DNA from: a virus
Taxonomy: Duplodnaviria; Caudoviricetes
Length of the DNA: 64,000 nt
IMG/VR virus record: IMGVR_UViG_2547132424_000002
Direction: 5' to 3' (one strand)
Part shown: in pieces, positions 1 through 9,391 of the stretch
Position numbering within the stretch: position 1 is the stretch's first letter
How the letters are laid out: the number at the start of each line of letters is the position of its first letter
Made by a program: the position numbers and the translations under genes
Notes under the pieces: model-generated
What the model saw: the letters and a program-made list of their open reading frames with translations, nothing else
Told to the model about the DNA's origin: nothing
Database searches by the model: none

Positions 1-126
1 ATCCACTGGACCGGATTCCGCGACGCCCGCATCACGCGCCTCGCTGAAATCCACTCCGGCACCGCCGATATCGCCAGCCTCGACACGGTCGCGGAGCATT
101 ATCTCGAGGAGAACGGTGATGCGTGA
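1..126 (+). CDS. 3' end of an upstream phage gene (partial)
   Basis: Open frame 1 (IHWTGFRDARITRLAEIH...EENGDA*) overlapping the next start. Confidence 0.5.
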   Translation: MHWTGFRDARITRLAEIHSGTADIASLDTVAEHYLEENGDA

Positions 127-760
127 TCAGACGATCGAGCAGTCACACCGCGTATTCCGGGCCGGGACCAGCGAGCACGTCCTGACGATCAAGCACGACG
201 ACGGCCTGTACCGGCACCTGCACTGCGCCAAACCCGGCACCGGGATCTACAGCTTCGACATCGTCACCTGGCCCGGCCATCTGTCGATCGGCGGCGACCT
301 CCAGGGGTACGTGTTCGCCCGCCAGCCAGACATGTTCGACTTCTTCGCCACCCACACTCACACCTTCGCCATCAACCCTGGTTATTGGAGTGAGAAAGTC
401 GTGTCCGGGTCGGAGCAGCATCCGGAACGCGACTTCTGCCCCGACGTGTTCAAGGCCACGGTCGTCGAAGAGTTCATGTCCCAGCGTGACCGGTTCTGGC
501 CGGACTCCGCGGACCTGTTCCGCCGCATCCGCCAGGACGTGATCGAGGCGGGCGGTGAGTACGCCGAGACCGCGCACGAAGCCTTGCGGACCTTCGAGTT
601 CCATTCCCAGGGGCGCACGTTCTACTTCTCCGATTGGTGGGAGCTGAACACGACGGACTGGTCGCCGCATTTCCTGCGCGCCTGCCACGCGATCGCCTGG
701 GGCATCACCGAATACCGCAAAGCTAAGGCCAACCCCGAGGCGGTGACCGTCAATGCCTGA
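116..760 (+). CDS. Conserved phage hypothetical protein
   Basis: 214 aa ORF with natural composition (VTWPGHLSIGGD, INPGYWSEKV), coupled to neighbours. Confidence 0.8.
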   Translation: MMRDQTIEQSHRVFRAGTSEHVLTIKHDDGLYRHLHCAKPGTGIYSFDIVTWPGHLSIGGDLQGYVFARQPDMFDFFATHTHTFAINPGYWSEKVVSGSEQHPERDFCPDVFKATVVEEFMSQRDRFWPDSADLFRRIRQDVIEAGGEYAETAHEALRTFEFHSQGRTFYFSDWWELNTTDWSPHFLRACHAIAWGITEYRKAKANPEAVTVNA

Positions 761-1157
761 CCAGACACGCTCCGAACACCTCACGGTGCCGACAGCAGCC
801 GAGCGCATAGCCGGGTTGGAAACGCTCGCCGAGCGGCGCCGGATCCGTATGGCCGCGGCCGAGTTGGACGTGACCGAGGCACGCGAACGCATCGCCGCAC
901 TCGAAGCGCAGCTGCGCGATGAGGGAAACAGGGTCGGCCGACTGGAGGATGCGCTCCGCGCCGCATGCGCTGAGGGTTCCGACGCCCGCGCCCGCCTCGA
1001 TGAACTGGAGACCGTCATGTTCCGCGACGTGTCGCGCATGCTCGCCGATCTCGGAATCACCAACCCGCCGCCGCGGCTTGCTGCACTGCTGCGTGCCGAG
1101 GCCGACCAGCGGATGAGCGCGCTGACGCGCGAGCCCGAGGGAGCAGACCGTGACTGA
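753..1157 (+). CDS. Coiled-coil phage hypothetical protein
   Basis: 8-bp start/stop overlap; heptad-rich ARERIAALE segment. Confidence 0.7.
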   Translation: MPDQTRSEHLTVPTAAERIAGLETLAERRRIRMAAAELDVTEARERIAALEAQLRDEGNRVGRLEDALRAACAEGSDARARLDELETVMFRDVSRMLADLGITNPPPRLAALLRAEADQRMSALTREPEGADRD

Positions 1158-1758
1158 CCAGATACCGGACGCGCGTAAGCCAGCCCCGTTCAGCGATGGT
1201 GATCTCAGAGAGTTCGCCACCGGCCTCACCACGGCGAGCAATTCCTATGCGGCAGTGCAAGACCTGTCGACCGAACTGCTCGATGCCCGCGGCCGACTCG
1301 ACGAAGTTTGCCGCCTCCACGCGAAAGCGGCCGACGGGCTGGCGCAGGCCCGCGGCTGGGCTGCCTGGTTCGCCGCCGAACGCGACCACATCTACCGGGC
1401 GCTCCACGCCATGGAAACGGACCGGAATCAGCTACGCGCCCGGGTCAGCGAACTGTCCGCGGGCCAGGGCGAGTTGATCCGGAAGCTGTCGAAAGCGTCG
1501 GCTCGGCTGTGCGAGCTGGACGACGCCGCAGCTGCCGCTGGCGCTGCGGCGCGTGGCGGACTGTTCGCGGTCCCTGCCCCGGAGCCCGCACCGTGCCCGA
1601 CCTGCAACGGCGCAGGGCGAGTAGCGAACACCGACGACCAAGAGCCGTGGTCGGCGTGGTCGAACCTGCCGCCCGGATCCGACGCCGCGGTCCGTCTCGG
1701 CCTGGTGCGACCGATCCCGTGCCCGACCTGCAACAGCGAGGAGAACGACCGTGGATAG
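1150..1758 (+). CDS. Coiled-coil protein with C-terminal CxxC zinc finger
   Basis: CPTCNGAG and CPTC motifs; coupled overlaps. Confidence 0.7.
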   Translation: MTDQIPDARKPAPFSDGDLREFATGLTTASNSYAAVQDLSTELLDARGRLDEVCRLHAKAADGLAQARGWAAWFAAERDHIYRALHAMETDRNQLRARVSELSAGQGELIRKLSKASARLCELDDAAAAAGAAARGGLFAVPAPEPAPCPTCNGAGRVANTDDQEPWSAWSNLPPGSDAAVRLGLVRPIPCPTCNSEENDRG

Positions 1759-2308
1759 TGCTCAGACCGTCTACTGCTACGACCTCGAATTCCTCGAGGA
1801 TGGACGCACCATCGAACTCATCTCCATCGGCCTCGTGTCCGAGACCGGCCGCGAGTACTACGCGGTCAACGCCGACATGCCGGTCGATCGGATCAAGAAC
1901 AACCGCTGGCTGATGAACAACGTGTGGCCGTCGCTGCCTCTGCGCGGGCGCAAGGTGAACACCGGCTATCCGAGCGGCGAGAGCGTCGGCGTACTCGACA
2001 CCGCCTCGACGTTGCTGCGCCCCCGCTGGGTGATTGCGAACGAGGTCCGCGAATTCCTCCTCGCCGAGGACGAACCCGTGCTGTGGGCGGATTTCGGGGC
2101 CTACGACCATGTGGCCCTCTGCCAGCTGTGGGGCCCGATGATCCGGAAGCCGGAAGGCATCCCGATGTTCACCCACGACCTCGAGCAGGCTATCGCGCTG
2201 GTCCCCGGGTTCGTGAAACCCGAACAGGCCGAAGGCCAGCACAACGCGCTCGAGGATGCCCGCCACAACATGCGCGTCCTGCGTGCACTGTGGGAGGCCG
2301 CTCGATGA
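1751..2308 (+). CDS. 3'-5' exoribonuclease, DEDDh family (Rv2179c-like)
   Basis: YDLEFLEDG (ExoI), LISIGLV, ADFGAYDHV (ExoII), HNALEDA (ExoIII). Confidence 0.88.
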   Translation: MDSAQTVYCYDLEFLEDGRTIELISIGLVSETGREYYAVNADMPVDRIKNNRWLMNNVWPSLPLRGRKVNTGYPSGESVGVLDTASTLLRPRWVIANEVREFLLAEDEPVLWADFGAYDHVALCQLWGPMIRKPEGIPMFTHDLEQAIALVPGFVKPEQAEGQHNALEDARHNMRVLRALWEAAR

Positions 2309-2787
2309 GCGACATCCGTGTAATCGTTACCGGCTCACGGGATTACCCCACCCCGGAGCATGTGCACGCTGCGCTGACCGCCGCACTGTTTACGTGTTGC
2401 GGCGGCCCGTCCGCCACTCTCACCGTCGTGCACGGCGCCTGCCCCACCGGCGCTGACGCCTTCGCGCACGAATGGTGCCAGCAGACCGACAACATCGTCG
2501 CGGGCGTGCTCGAGGAACCGCATCCGGCGGACTGGGACACCTGCACCCCGGCCTGCTACCACCGGCCGCGCACCAACCCCGACGGCAGCAACCGCTGCCC
2601 GGCCGCGGGACCGCGCCGGAACACCGAAATGGTCGAGCGCGGCGCCGATCTGGTCCTCGGATTCCCGCTCGACGGTCCGCGCAGCAAATCCCGCGGCACC
2701 TACGACTGCATGGACAAGGCCATCGGCGTGATCCCGGTCTGGTTCCGCACGCCCAGCGCACACGAATTGACGGAGGCCCGCCGATGA
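2305..2787 (+). CDS. SLOG-family protein (DUF2493/YspA-like)
   Basis: VIVTGSRDY, VVHGACPTGAD, AGPRRNTEM, SRGTYDC motifs; ATG at 2305 overlaps upstream stop. Confidence 0.85.
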   Translation: MSDIRVIVTGSRDYPTPEHVHAALTAALFTCCGGPSATLTVVHGACPTGADAFAHEWCQQTDNIVAGVLEEPHPADWDTCTPACYHRPRTNPDGSNRCPAAGPRRNTEMVERGADLVLGFPLDGPRSKSRGTYDCMDKAIGVIPVWFRTPSAHELTEARR

Positions 2788-3539
2788 CCAGCAACGAGGA
2801 ACAACGCCACGCCGAGATCATCGAAGTCGACGGCGGCCGAATGCTCATCCACGGCCGCGAGCCGCTGGACGAAGCGAGCCGCGCCGCGGTGCTCGAGGTC
2901 GCCCGGTCAGCGAAGGCGTTGGTGGATGCGGCCCGGCCGACCGACGAGCAGATGCGGAAGTGGTCCGACAAGCTCGCCGGTATGCCGACCAAGGGGTTGG
3001 GTGCGCAGTTCCTGGCCGGGCGGCTGCTCCGCGAGCTGGAAGCCGAGCGCGCCCGGCACGCCGAAACCGAGGCGAAGTACCAGGAGTGCGAGGCACACCT
3101 GACCACGGCACTGGACCACATCGACAAACAGGCTGTGCCGCAACCTGATACGACCCGGATCGAACAGGCTCTGGTCATCGCCTGGGATGACGGCAACGCC
3201 ACCGGACTCGACGGCTGGACCGGGCCCGGCCGCGGCGCCGGAGATGTCGACGACGAAGCGATCCGCCGCCGCAATCGCTCGCTCCGCAAGCTCCTGACCG
3301 AACTCGCCCAGCCAGCCAGCGTCCCACCACCGGTCACGGTCGGGTACCTGGTCGGCTGGCAGGACGACGACAGCCAGGTCCGCGTCGAGCTGGACGAAGA
3401 AGAAAACATCGTGTCCGGCGCGAGCACCAACGCGTACGCCTACATCGGCGACGCGCGGGAGTTCGTTGCCGAGCTCGGGCCCAGCGACCCCGACACCCAA
3501 TTCAAGGTCTACGGACTGCGGGAGATGCCCAATGCCTGA
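2784..3539 (+). CDS. Phage hypothetical protein
   Basis: MTSNEEQ start overlapping upstream TGA, with GGAGG RBS. Confidence 0.7.
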   Translation: MTSNEEQRHAEIIEVDGGRMLIHGREPLDEASRAAVLEVARSAKALVDAARPTDEQMRKWSDKLAGMPTKGLGAQFLAGRLLRELEAERARHAETEAKYQECEAHLTTALDHIDKQAVPQPDTTRIEQALVIAWDDGNATGLDGWTGPGRGAGDVDDEAIRRRNRSLRKLLTELAQPASVPPPVTVGYLVGWQDDDSQVRVELDEEENIVSGASTNAYAYIGDAREFVAELGPSDPDTQFKVYGLREMPNA

Positions 3540-4380
3540 CCAGACACCCGAACCGCCCATCGACATCGAGGATCTCACCCCCGCTGGCCCGATGTCCGGT
3601 AGCCCGAACTATGAAGACAACTGGCGACTTCAGTGGATGCGCGAGCAGGAGGAAGCGCGCGCACGCCAGACTGCCGACCCGGTCTCCCTGCCATCGGATG
3701 CCGCGCTGGCCGATCTGCGTGCCCGGCTCATCGAGGACGGCGTCATCCCGCCTTCGGACGACCCGGCGCCCGAGATCACACCTGCCGCACGCAGGTTCGC
3801 CGAGGACATGACCACGGCCAACCGGATGCCGTTCGCGGAACTGGTCGTGCGGTACGCCCGTGCCCTGTCCGCGCTCCGGACCGTGCAGGCATCCCGCTAT
3901 CAGTGGATGGGCATCGCCCAGCATTTGCAGTCCTACGGCCGGAATATGCAGCAGGTCGCGGCGACCAACGCGGACGCTCATGACCGTTTGCGCGATCGTG
4001 TCGCCGCGGAGGAACGTCGCACAGGCGAGGCGGCCCGTTTGCTGGCTGCCGAGAGCGCGCAGGTGGCCACCTTGAAGGCTGATCGCAACGTCATCACCGG
4101 GCAGCTTCGGGGGTCGCGGATGCTTGTGTCCGAACGTGATACCGAACTGGCCGTCGCCCGCGCCCGTATCGCCGAGTTGGAGCGTCTTGTCGACGTCGCC
4201 GAGGAGTCGCGCACGGATCTGATTGGGCAACTCGACAGAGCCAATGCTCGCGCCGCCGAGCTGGAGGAGCAGAGCGGGTTGCAGGCCGCATATGAAGCGT
4301 GGCTTCACGGTCAACACGGCATCGACGAGAGCTACTACAGCGACTTCTTGGAATGGCGGAAGGAGGCGACCGGTGCCTGA
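3532..4380 (+). CDS. Coiled-coil phage hypothetical protein
   Basis: MPDQTPEPP start, GGAG RBS, ARARIAELE coiled coil. Confidence 0.7.
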   Translation: MPDQTPEPPIDIEDLTPAGPMSGSPNYEDNWRLQWMREQEEARARQTADPVSLPSDAALADLRARLIEDGVIPPSDDPAPEITPAARRFAEDMTTANRMPFAELVVRYARALSALRTVQASRYQWMGIAQHLQSYGRNMQQVAATNADAHDRLRDRVAAEERRTGEAARLLAAESAQVATLKADRNVITGQLRGSRMLVSERDTELAVARARIAELERLVDVAEESRTDLIGQLDRANARAAELEEQSGLQAAYEAWLHGQHGIDESYYSDFLEWRKEATGA

Positions 4381-5011
4381 CCAGACACCTAAACCGCTCA
4401 CCGACGAGCAGTTGCGTCGGCTCACCGAGTACGTCCACCCCGACGAGGACACCGACTACGTGCGTGCGTGGCTGCATTCGATGGCCCGTGAACTCCTCGC
4501 CGCCCGTCACGAGCTGGACGAGCTGCGTGCCAGGCGTGCCGATTCCTGGGCCGCTATCGATGCCCTGGGCGACGACCTCGCCGCCGCCCGCGCCCGTATC
4601 GCCGAACTCGAAGCGGCACAGGCGAACCGTTCGGAAAATCCGAATAGCTCGCCCCCGGACGCCTACATCGCGGTGAAGCGTGACCACTCGGTGAACGCTG
4701 AAGATCCGGAGTGGTGCGGCGACGCCGCGGTAGTCCCCGCCGGCGATCTTTTCGCCCGGACGCGCGACTACCACAAGAAGAACGGTTATCAGCTGTTGCC
4801 GATCGTTGCTGACGGGGACGGGACACGGGCGGTCACGGCACAGGGTGAACCGGTCGGGTATGCGGTGCTGTCCCAGGCGGGTGCCGATCTCTGGGCTGTG
4901 CTGCCGTCTGCGGTGCTGCCGGAATCTGTGGCTGCCGAGCGGGCCGCGAACTACCGGGCGGAGTCCGGGAGACAGACGCTCGTGGTCGAGCTGCGGGAGG
5001 TGCAGTCATGA
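4373..5011 (+). CDS. Phage hypothetical protein (Ead/Ea22-like coiled-coil module)
   Basis: GTG start after AGGAGG; LTDEQLRRL and ARARIAELE motifs. Confidence 0.65.
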   Translation: MPDQTPKPLTDEQLRRLTEYVHPDEDTDYVRAWLHSMARELLAARHELDELRARRADSWAAIDALGDDLAAARARIAELEAAQANRSENPNSSPPDAYIAVKRDHSVNAEDPEWCGDAAVVPAGDLFARTRDYHKKNGYQLLPIVADGDGTRAVTAQGEPVGYAVLSQAGADLWAVLPSAVLPESVAAERAANYRAESGRQTLVVELREVQS

Positions 5012-5376
5012 GCTACGGCCACTACTCGACCGATTGTCACGAGCATCATCCGATCGTTTCTGATGTCGCCGCCGAAGTTGTCACGCTGTGTGGCTCCATG
5101 CGGTTCTTCGACCGGATGTTGTCTGTCGCAGCAGAACTCACAAGTCAAGGCGTGATCGTCATTGCGCCCTTCTGTGTTGTCCCGCCCGGCCATCAGGCCG
5201 GCGAAGCCAAGGCCGATCTCGATGCGCTGCACCGCGACAAGATCCGGCTGGCAACGCGACGGATCGTGGTCGTGAGCGATGAGACCGGTTACATCGGCGA
5301 CTCGACCCGGTCAGAGATGAAGTTCGCCGAATCGCTCGGCCTCACGATCGATCTGCGGGAGGTGCGCGGTGAATGA
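5008..5376 (+). CDS. Nucleoside 2-deoxyribosyltransferase-like (NDT/DUF4406-like fold) protein
   Basis: VTLCGSMRF, VIAPF, LHRDKI, GYIGDSTRSEMKFA motifs. Confidence 0.7.
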   Translation: MSYGHYSTDCHEHHPIVSDVAAEVVTLCGSMRFFDRMLSVAAELTSQGVIVIAPFCVVPPGHQAGEAKADLDALHRDKIRLATRRIVVVSDETGYIGDSTRSEMKFAESLGLTIDLREVRGE

Positions 5377-5719
5377 CCTGTCTGCCTGCCCGTTCTGTGA
5401 CCGCATCCAGCGCGGCGAATACGACGGACTGTCCGGCGCCGTCGCGCACTTCGAACCACTCAACCCGGTCACGCCCGGGCACAGGCTGTTCGTGCCCACC
5501 GTTCACGTCGAACATCCCAACTGGGGCGCTGTCGGCAATGCGATGAACCACGCCGAACTGCATGCGAGTGGGCAACCGTGGGACTTCAACCTCATCACCT
5601 CATCCGGCGCGGCGGCCACGCAATCCGTGCCTCACCTTCACATTCACTATGTGCCACGGCGGCCGGACGATGGCCTGCACCTGCCGTGGACCGGACAGAA
5701 ACGAGGCCACCATGCCTGA
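5369..5719 (+). CDS. HIT-family nucleotide hydrolase
   Basis: CPFC, PLNPVTPGHRLFVP, QSVPHLHIH histidine triad. Confidence 0.93.
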   Translation: MNDLSACPFCDRIQRGEYDGLSGAVAHFEPLNPVTPGHRLFVPTVHVEHPNWGAVGNAMNHAELHASGQPWDFNLITSSGAAATQSVPHLHIHYVPRRPDDGLHLPWTGQKRGHHA

Positions 5720-6104
5720 TCTGTCTGCCGCCGATATCGCCGAACTCCGCAGCGCGGACGCCGCACTGCCTCCTGGGCCGTGGTTCCCGCGCCTCAACGA
5801 CCTGATCGGCGGATGGTGCGTGATGGCGGTGGATTCCCCGCCGTCCGAGGCGCATCCGACTGGCATGATCGCCGATTTCACCAGCGATCATGCCGCCGCG
5901 CACATCGCACGGATGCGAAACCATCTGGCCGCCCTGCTGGATGCCGCCGAGAAGACTGGCGAGGCGGTGAAGATCCTCGAATACGCGCTGCATCTGCGCA
6001 TGTACGGCGAGCGCGCTCCGGGGGGCAACGAGACCTGGCAGGAGTTCGACCGCCGCTGCGAAACCTTCATCCGGAGCCTTCAGGAGGCCGACCCCGATGA
6101 GTGA
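5712..6104 (+). CDS. Phage hypothetical protein
   Basis: MPDLSAADIAELR start; coupled on both sides. Confidence 0.7.
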   Translation: MPDLSAADIAELRSADAALPPGPWFPRLNDLIGGWCVMAVDSPPSEAHPTGMIADFTSDHAAAHIARMRNHLAALLDAAEKTGEAVKILEYALHLRMYGERAPGGNETWQEFDRRCETFIRSLQEADPDE

Positions 6105-6552
6105 CCTTTCCCCCGCCGATATCGCCGACCAGTTCGGCATTCAGGGCCTCGCGGTCAAGGACGGTGTCACCACGTTGACGACCAAGCCCACCAGCGAGGA
6201 AGCCCGGGAACTCGTCCTCGCGATGAGTCTCGCGTGTGGCCGGATGCTCGACGACGACCAGGCGCCGAACTATGTCGAGTTCGAAGTCCAGCCAGCGGGC
6301 CATCCCGGCTACATCGTGCATGTGCGTCGCCAGCCCGGACGGTCCCCGCACAGTTTGCGGCTGGAAGCCGAGAAGCGGGCCGAACGGGCGGAAGCGATCG
6401 TCGAGCGTGTGCGGGAGTACGTGGACGAGTTGACATCCGTGCTTGTGGTGGGTGGCTCCAGTTCCGAACAGCACGTGTTCGATACCGAGCGGCGGATCGG
6501 ACTCATGTTGAACACCCTGATCCGCAAGGAGACCGATACCGATGTCCAGTAA
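6097..6552 (+). CDS. Phage hypothetical protein
   Basis: 151 aa coupled ORF. Confidence 0.7.
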   Translation: MSDLSPADIADQFGIQGLAVKDGVTTLTTKPTSEEARELVLAMSLACGRMLDDDQAPNYVEFEVQPAGHPGYIVHVRRQPGRSPHSLRLEAEKRAERAEAIVERVREYVDELTSVLVVGGSSSEQHVFDTERRIGLMLNTLIRKETDTDVQ

Positions 6553-6853
6553 CCAACCCCGTGACCAGCTCGCCGAACTGATCGCCTCGCACGAATGGTC
6601 GCGTTTTGGCGGCTCGCTCGGCGAGCAGTTGGCCGAGCGGATTTGCGCCGAGGGCTGGCGTCCTCCCGCCGAGACGATCTACGACTATGACGATCTCGAC
6701 GACCTTCCCGACCTGTCGGCGATCCTGCACAACGGTTTCGTCTACCAGCGGTTCGAGGGCTCGTGGTGGTGCGGGCGCGTCGAGCACCTGTCCGACTGGT
6801 TCGCCGGACAGCCCGTGACCGTGATTCACACACCTGGAGAAACCCATGTCTGA
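6542..6853 (+). CDS. Phage hypothetical protein
   Basis: 103 aa coupled ORF, similar in outline to the next gene (RDQLA...W.PP..I). Confidence 0.65.
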   Translation: MSSNQPRDQLAELIASHEWSRFGGSLGEQLAERICAEGWRPPAETIYDYDDLDDLPDLSAILHNGFVYQRFEGSWWCGRVEHLSDWFAGQPVTVIHTPGETHV

Positions 6854-7211
6854 CAACGACTCTCGCGACCAGCTCGCCAAGTACTGCATGGATTTCGCCG
6901 ACAATGTCGCGTGGGCGTCCACCGGCGAGGAGGCAGCCAAGCACATCGAAACCGTGCTGGGCTGGCAGCCTCCGCCCCGCCGCATCGAGACCGCCGAGGA
7001 ATTGGACGCATTGCAACCGAAAGCCGACATCGGCGTGGTTCCCGCTCTGATCCGATGCGATGACAATTTCGTATTCGAGCGGGCAACAGACTTGCTCACC
7101 GCCGCCGGTCGGACAGTGTGGTATCGGCCGGGCAGTTCGTTGCAGCGCTACAGCGACGAACTCGCTTATCCGGTGACCGTGCTGATCGAGCCCGGGCAGG
7201 TGAGCTTGTGA
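6846..7211 (+). CDS. Phage hypothetical protein
   Basis: 121 aa coupled ORF. Confidence 0.65.
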   Translation: MSDNDSRDQLAKYCMDFADNVAWASTGEEAAKHIETVLGWQPPPRRIETAEELDALQPKADIGVVPALIRCDDNFVFERATDLLTAAGRTVWYRPGSSLQRYSDELAYPVTVLIEPGQVSL

Positions 7212-7378
7212 GCGGCAAGTTCCAGTTCACGCCCGGCGCCGCTGTCTGGATCATGCCTGTCGGCTCTGAGGTGCTCGACGGCGATGGTCTGAACATGACG
7301 TGGTCCGACGGTGACGGTGTAACCACCTCGGCGCCACACGGGTTCGTCGCTCCCCCCACCACCGAGGAGGCGCGATGA
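7208..7378 (+). CDS. Small phage hypothetical protein
   Basis: GTGA/ATGA overlaps on both sides. Confidence 0.5.
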   Translation: MSGKFQFTPGAAVWIMPVGSEVLDGDGLNMTWSDGDGVTTSAPHGFVAPPTTEEAR

Positions 7379-7653
7379 GGTGGCGCAGACGCAAGACCAC
7401 ACCGGAACAAGCCAACGAGATCACCGTGCAGGAAACGCTGATGGCGGCCCGGATCATGAACGGCATCACCCGTGCCGAACTCGCGTCCAGGTGGGGCGTG
7501 ACTGTGGAACAGGTGATGGCGTTCGAACGCGGTGAAACCGATCCGCGACTGTCGGAGATCCGGCGGTACGCGCACGCTGCCCGCGCGCTGGCGTCCTGGA
7601 CTCTGACCGGCCTGACCATCGAACCCAATCATGAGGAAGGCGGTGCCCGGTGA
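7375..7653 (+). CDS. XRE-family helix-turn-helix protein
   Basis: ITRAELASRWGVTVEQVMAFERGETDPRLSEIRRYA. Confidence 0.85.
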   Translation: MRWRRRKTTPEQANEITVQETLMAARIMNGITRAELASRWGVTVEQVMAFERGETDPRLSEIRRYAHAARALASWTLTGLTIEPNHEEGGAR

Positions 7654-8030
7654 GCTGGGACGCAACCCTGTCCGACGACCGCGGCCACATCGACGGTGAC
7701 TGGAATTTCACCCATAACACGAACCAGATGGCGAACGCGATCGTCCACCCCGACGAGAACACCGGCATCGACACGATGCACGAGGTCCTGTTCCCGAAAG
7801 CTGATGGCCGCGAATGGAAATCGTGGTGGGAAATCCTGAACGGTATGGACGGCCCGACGAGCCGCACCTACCTGTCGAAGATCATCGACGGTCTCGAAGC
7901 CGACCCGCCCCGCTTCCAAGCTATGAACCCACCGAACGGTTGGGGCAGCTACGACACCTTCCTCGAGGTCCTGAAAGAGATGCGAGACCGGATCCCCGAA
8001 TGGCCGTGCACCTGGCGGGTGTCCGGATGA
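7650..8030 (+). CDS. Conserved phage hypothetical protein
   Basis: WNFTHNTNQM and FQAMNPPNGWGSYD motifs. Confidence 0.75.
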   Translation: MSWDATLSDDRGHIDGDWNFTHNTNQMANAIVHPDENTGIDTMHEVLFPKADGREWKSWWEILNGMDGPTSRTYLSKIIDGLEADPPRFQAMNPPNGWGSYDTFLEVLKEMRDRIPEWPCTWRVSG

Positions 8031-8223
8031 TGCAGTGGGTTCGCGACACCTACCGTGTGCCGGCGAAACGTGGCGGCCGTGTCCGCTACACCGGCGACCG
8101 CAGCTCGGGACGATCACCGGCATGGTCCACGGGTCGCTCCGCATCCGCCTGGACGGCGAAAAGCATTCGGCGCCTTACCACCCCACCTGGGAACTCGAAT
8201 ACCTGGAGGCCAACGGTGAGTGA
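8027..8223 (+). pseudogene. Frameshifted small phage gene (SH3-like beta protein)
   Basis: MMQWVRDTYRVPAKRGGRVRYTG in one frame continues as PQLGTITGMVHGSLRIRLDGEKHSAPYHPTWELEYL in another; break near 8095-8100. Confidence 0.7.
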
Positions 8224-8461
8224 AATTCGTACGACCATATGCCAAGGCTGCGGCCGGACGTTCCACGACGATCTGCCGGAGCGCGCACGCTGCGGCGAAT
8301 GCCCTCCGCGAAAGTGCGAGAAGTGTGGGCAGATGGACGCGCCCGGGGCATCGTGCTCTTGCTGGATCTCGCTGGAGGGTATGGCGCTGGCCGACGTCAA
8401 GGCCATGTTCGCTCGGGATGGCGGATTCGAGCTGGCTCACGACATTGAGGCTCGGCCGTGA
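8216..8461 (+). CDS. Cys-rich zinc-finger hypothetical protein
   Basis: CQGC, CGEC, CEKC, CSC motifs; GTG start at 8216. Confidence 0.6.
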   Translation: MSEIRTTICQGCGRTFHDDLPERARCGECPPRKCEKCGQMDAPGASCSCWISLEGMALADVKAMFARDGGFELAHDIEARP

Positions 8462-8874
8462 AGCGTGAGGAGCGTTTCGTCCTGTCGCACCGCCCTTACG
8501 CCGTTGACCTGTCCAGTCTGCGCGTAGAGGTCAGCGAGCCATGGGGTGCGATGACCGAAACCCACTACTGGGGCTACATCGACGCCGTCTGGTTCCGGCG
8601 CCGCAAGGGCGTCACGATCGCGTGCACCGGACAGCTGAGAGACCACCAGGACGTGCGCCCGGCGAACGGCCAGGAGTTCGTGGAGCACGCCACCGATGGC
8701 CGATACGGCGGCGACTGCGCGGGCCGCTGGGATGGCGAACGGTATTGGGGTGCACAGGAACCCGAAGTGATCGAACAGCACCTCGCCTTGCTCCGGCCGA
8801 TGCTCGGCAACTATCCGCAAATCCCGGACGGTTGGGACGGCTGGTGGACATTCCCGAAGGAGGCCGACCGGTGA
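8458..8874 (+). CDS. Conserved actinobacterial phage hypothetical protein
   Basis: YIDAVWFRRRKG and DGRYGGDCAGRWDG motifs; coupled. Confidence 0.75.
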   Translation: MKREERFVLSHRPYAVDLSSLRVEVSEPWGAMTETHYWGYIDAVWFRRRKGVTIACTGQLRDHQDVRPANGQEFVEHATDGRYGGDCAGRWDGERYWGAQEPEVIEQHLALLRPMLGNYPQIPDGWDGWWTFPKEADR

Positions 8875-9020
8875 TTGTGCGAATCGACGGTGTCGAGATC
8901 GTCGGCGGCGAAACCGTCGAGCAGTTCGGCAGCGGGTTCGTGGACGTGAAGGACGCCGACGGCAGGGTCCTGGTGACCTGCCACGGCGTGGAAAAGATCG
9001 AGGTGACCCATGACGAATGA
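8871..9020 (+). CDS. Small hypothetical protein
   Basis: GTGA overlap and AGGAGG RBS. Confidence 0.55.
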   Translation: MIVRIDGVEIVGGETVEQFGSGFVDVKDADGRVLVTCHGVEKIEVTHDE

Positions 9021-9237
9021 TCAACCCACACGCGAGAACACTGGTGTCAGCTTCTATATCGCCGCCGCCGATATCGCTGACGCCCGTGCACTGTTCGAGC
9101 TGTGTGTGCAGAAAGCGGAAACCGGAGAACGGTTCGAAGGCAACCTGGTTCGAGCCTCGGAAGACGGCGGCGCGGCGCAGGTGTACACGCGCCTGCGCCG
9201 AACCCGACGCCGTCGCGAGGTGACCGATGGCCAGTGA
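9010..9237 (+). CDS. Small hypothetical protein
   Basis: 75 aa coupled ORF. Confidence 0.55.
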   Translation: MTNDQPTRENTGVSFYIAAADIADARALFELCVQKAETGERFEGNLVRASEDGGAAQVYTRLRRTRRRREVTDGQ

Positions 9238-9391
9238 ACCAAACCCCAACGGCTGCCGCTTCTGCGGCATCGACGCCGATATCCACTGTCAGCGGTGGGC
9301 GCCGGGCGTGGGCTGGCATCGGTGGGCAATACCGACCGATGAGCAACGCAAGCAGCGGATCCTCGCGCGACGAGAGGCGGTAGTCCAGTGA
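9227..9391 (+). CDS. Small Cys-containing hypothetical protein
   Basis: MASEPNPNGCRFCGID...HCQRWAPGVGWHRW; below the ORF-track cutoff but coupled on both sides. Confidence 0.6.
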   Translation: MASEPNPNGCRFCGIDADIHCQRWAPGVGWHRWAIPTDEQRKQRILARREAVVQ

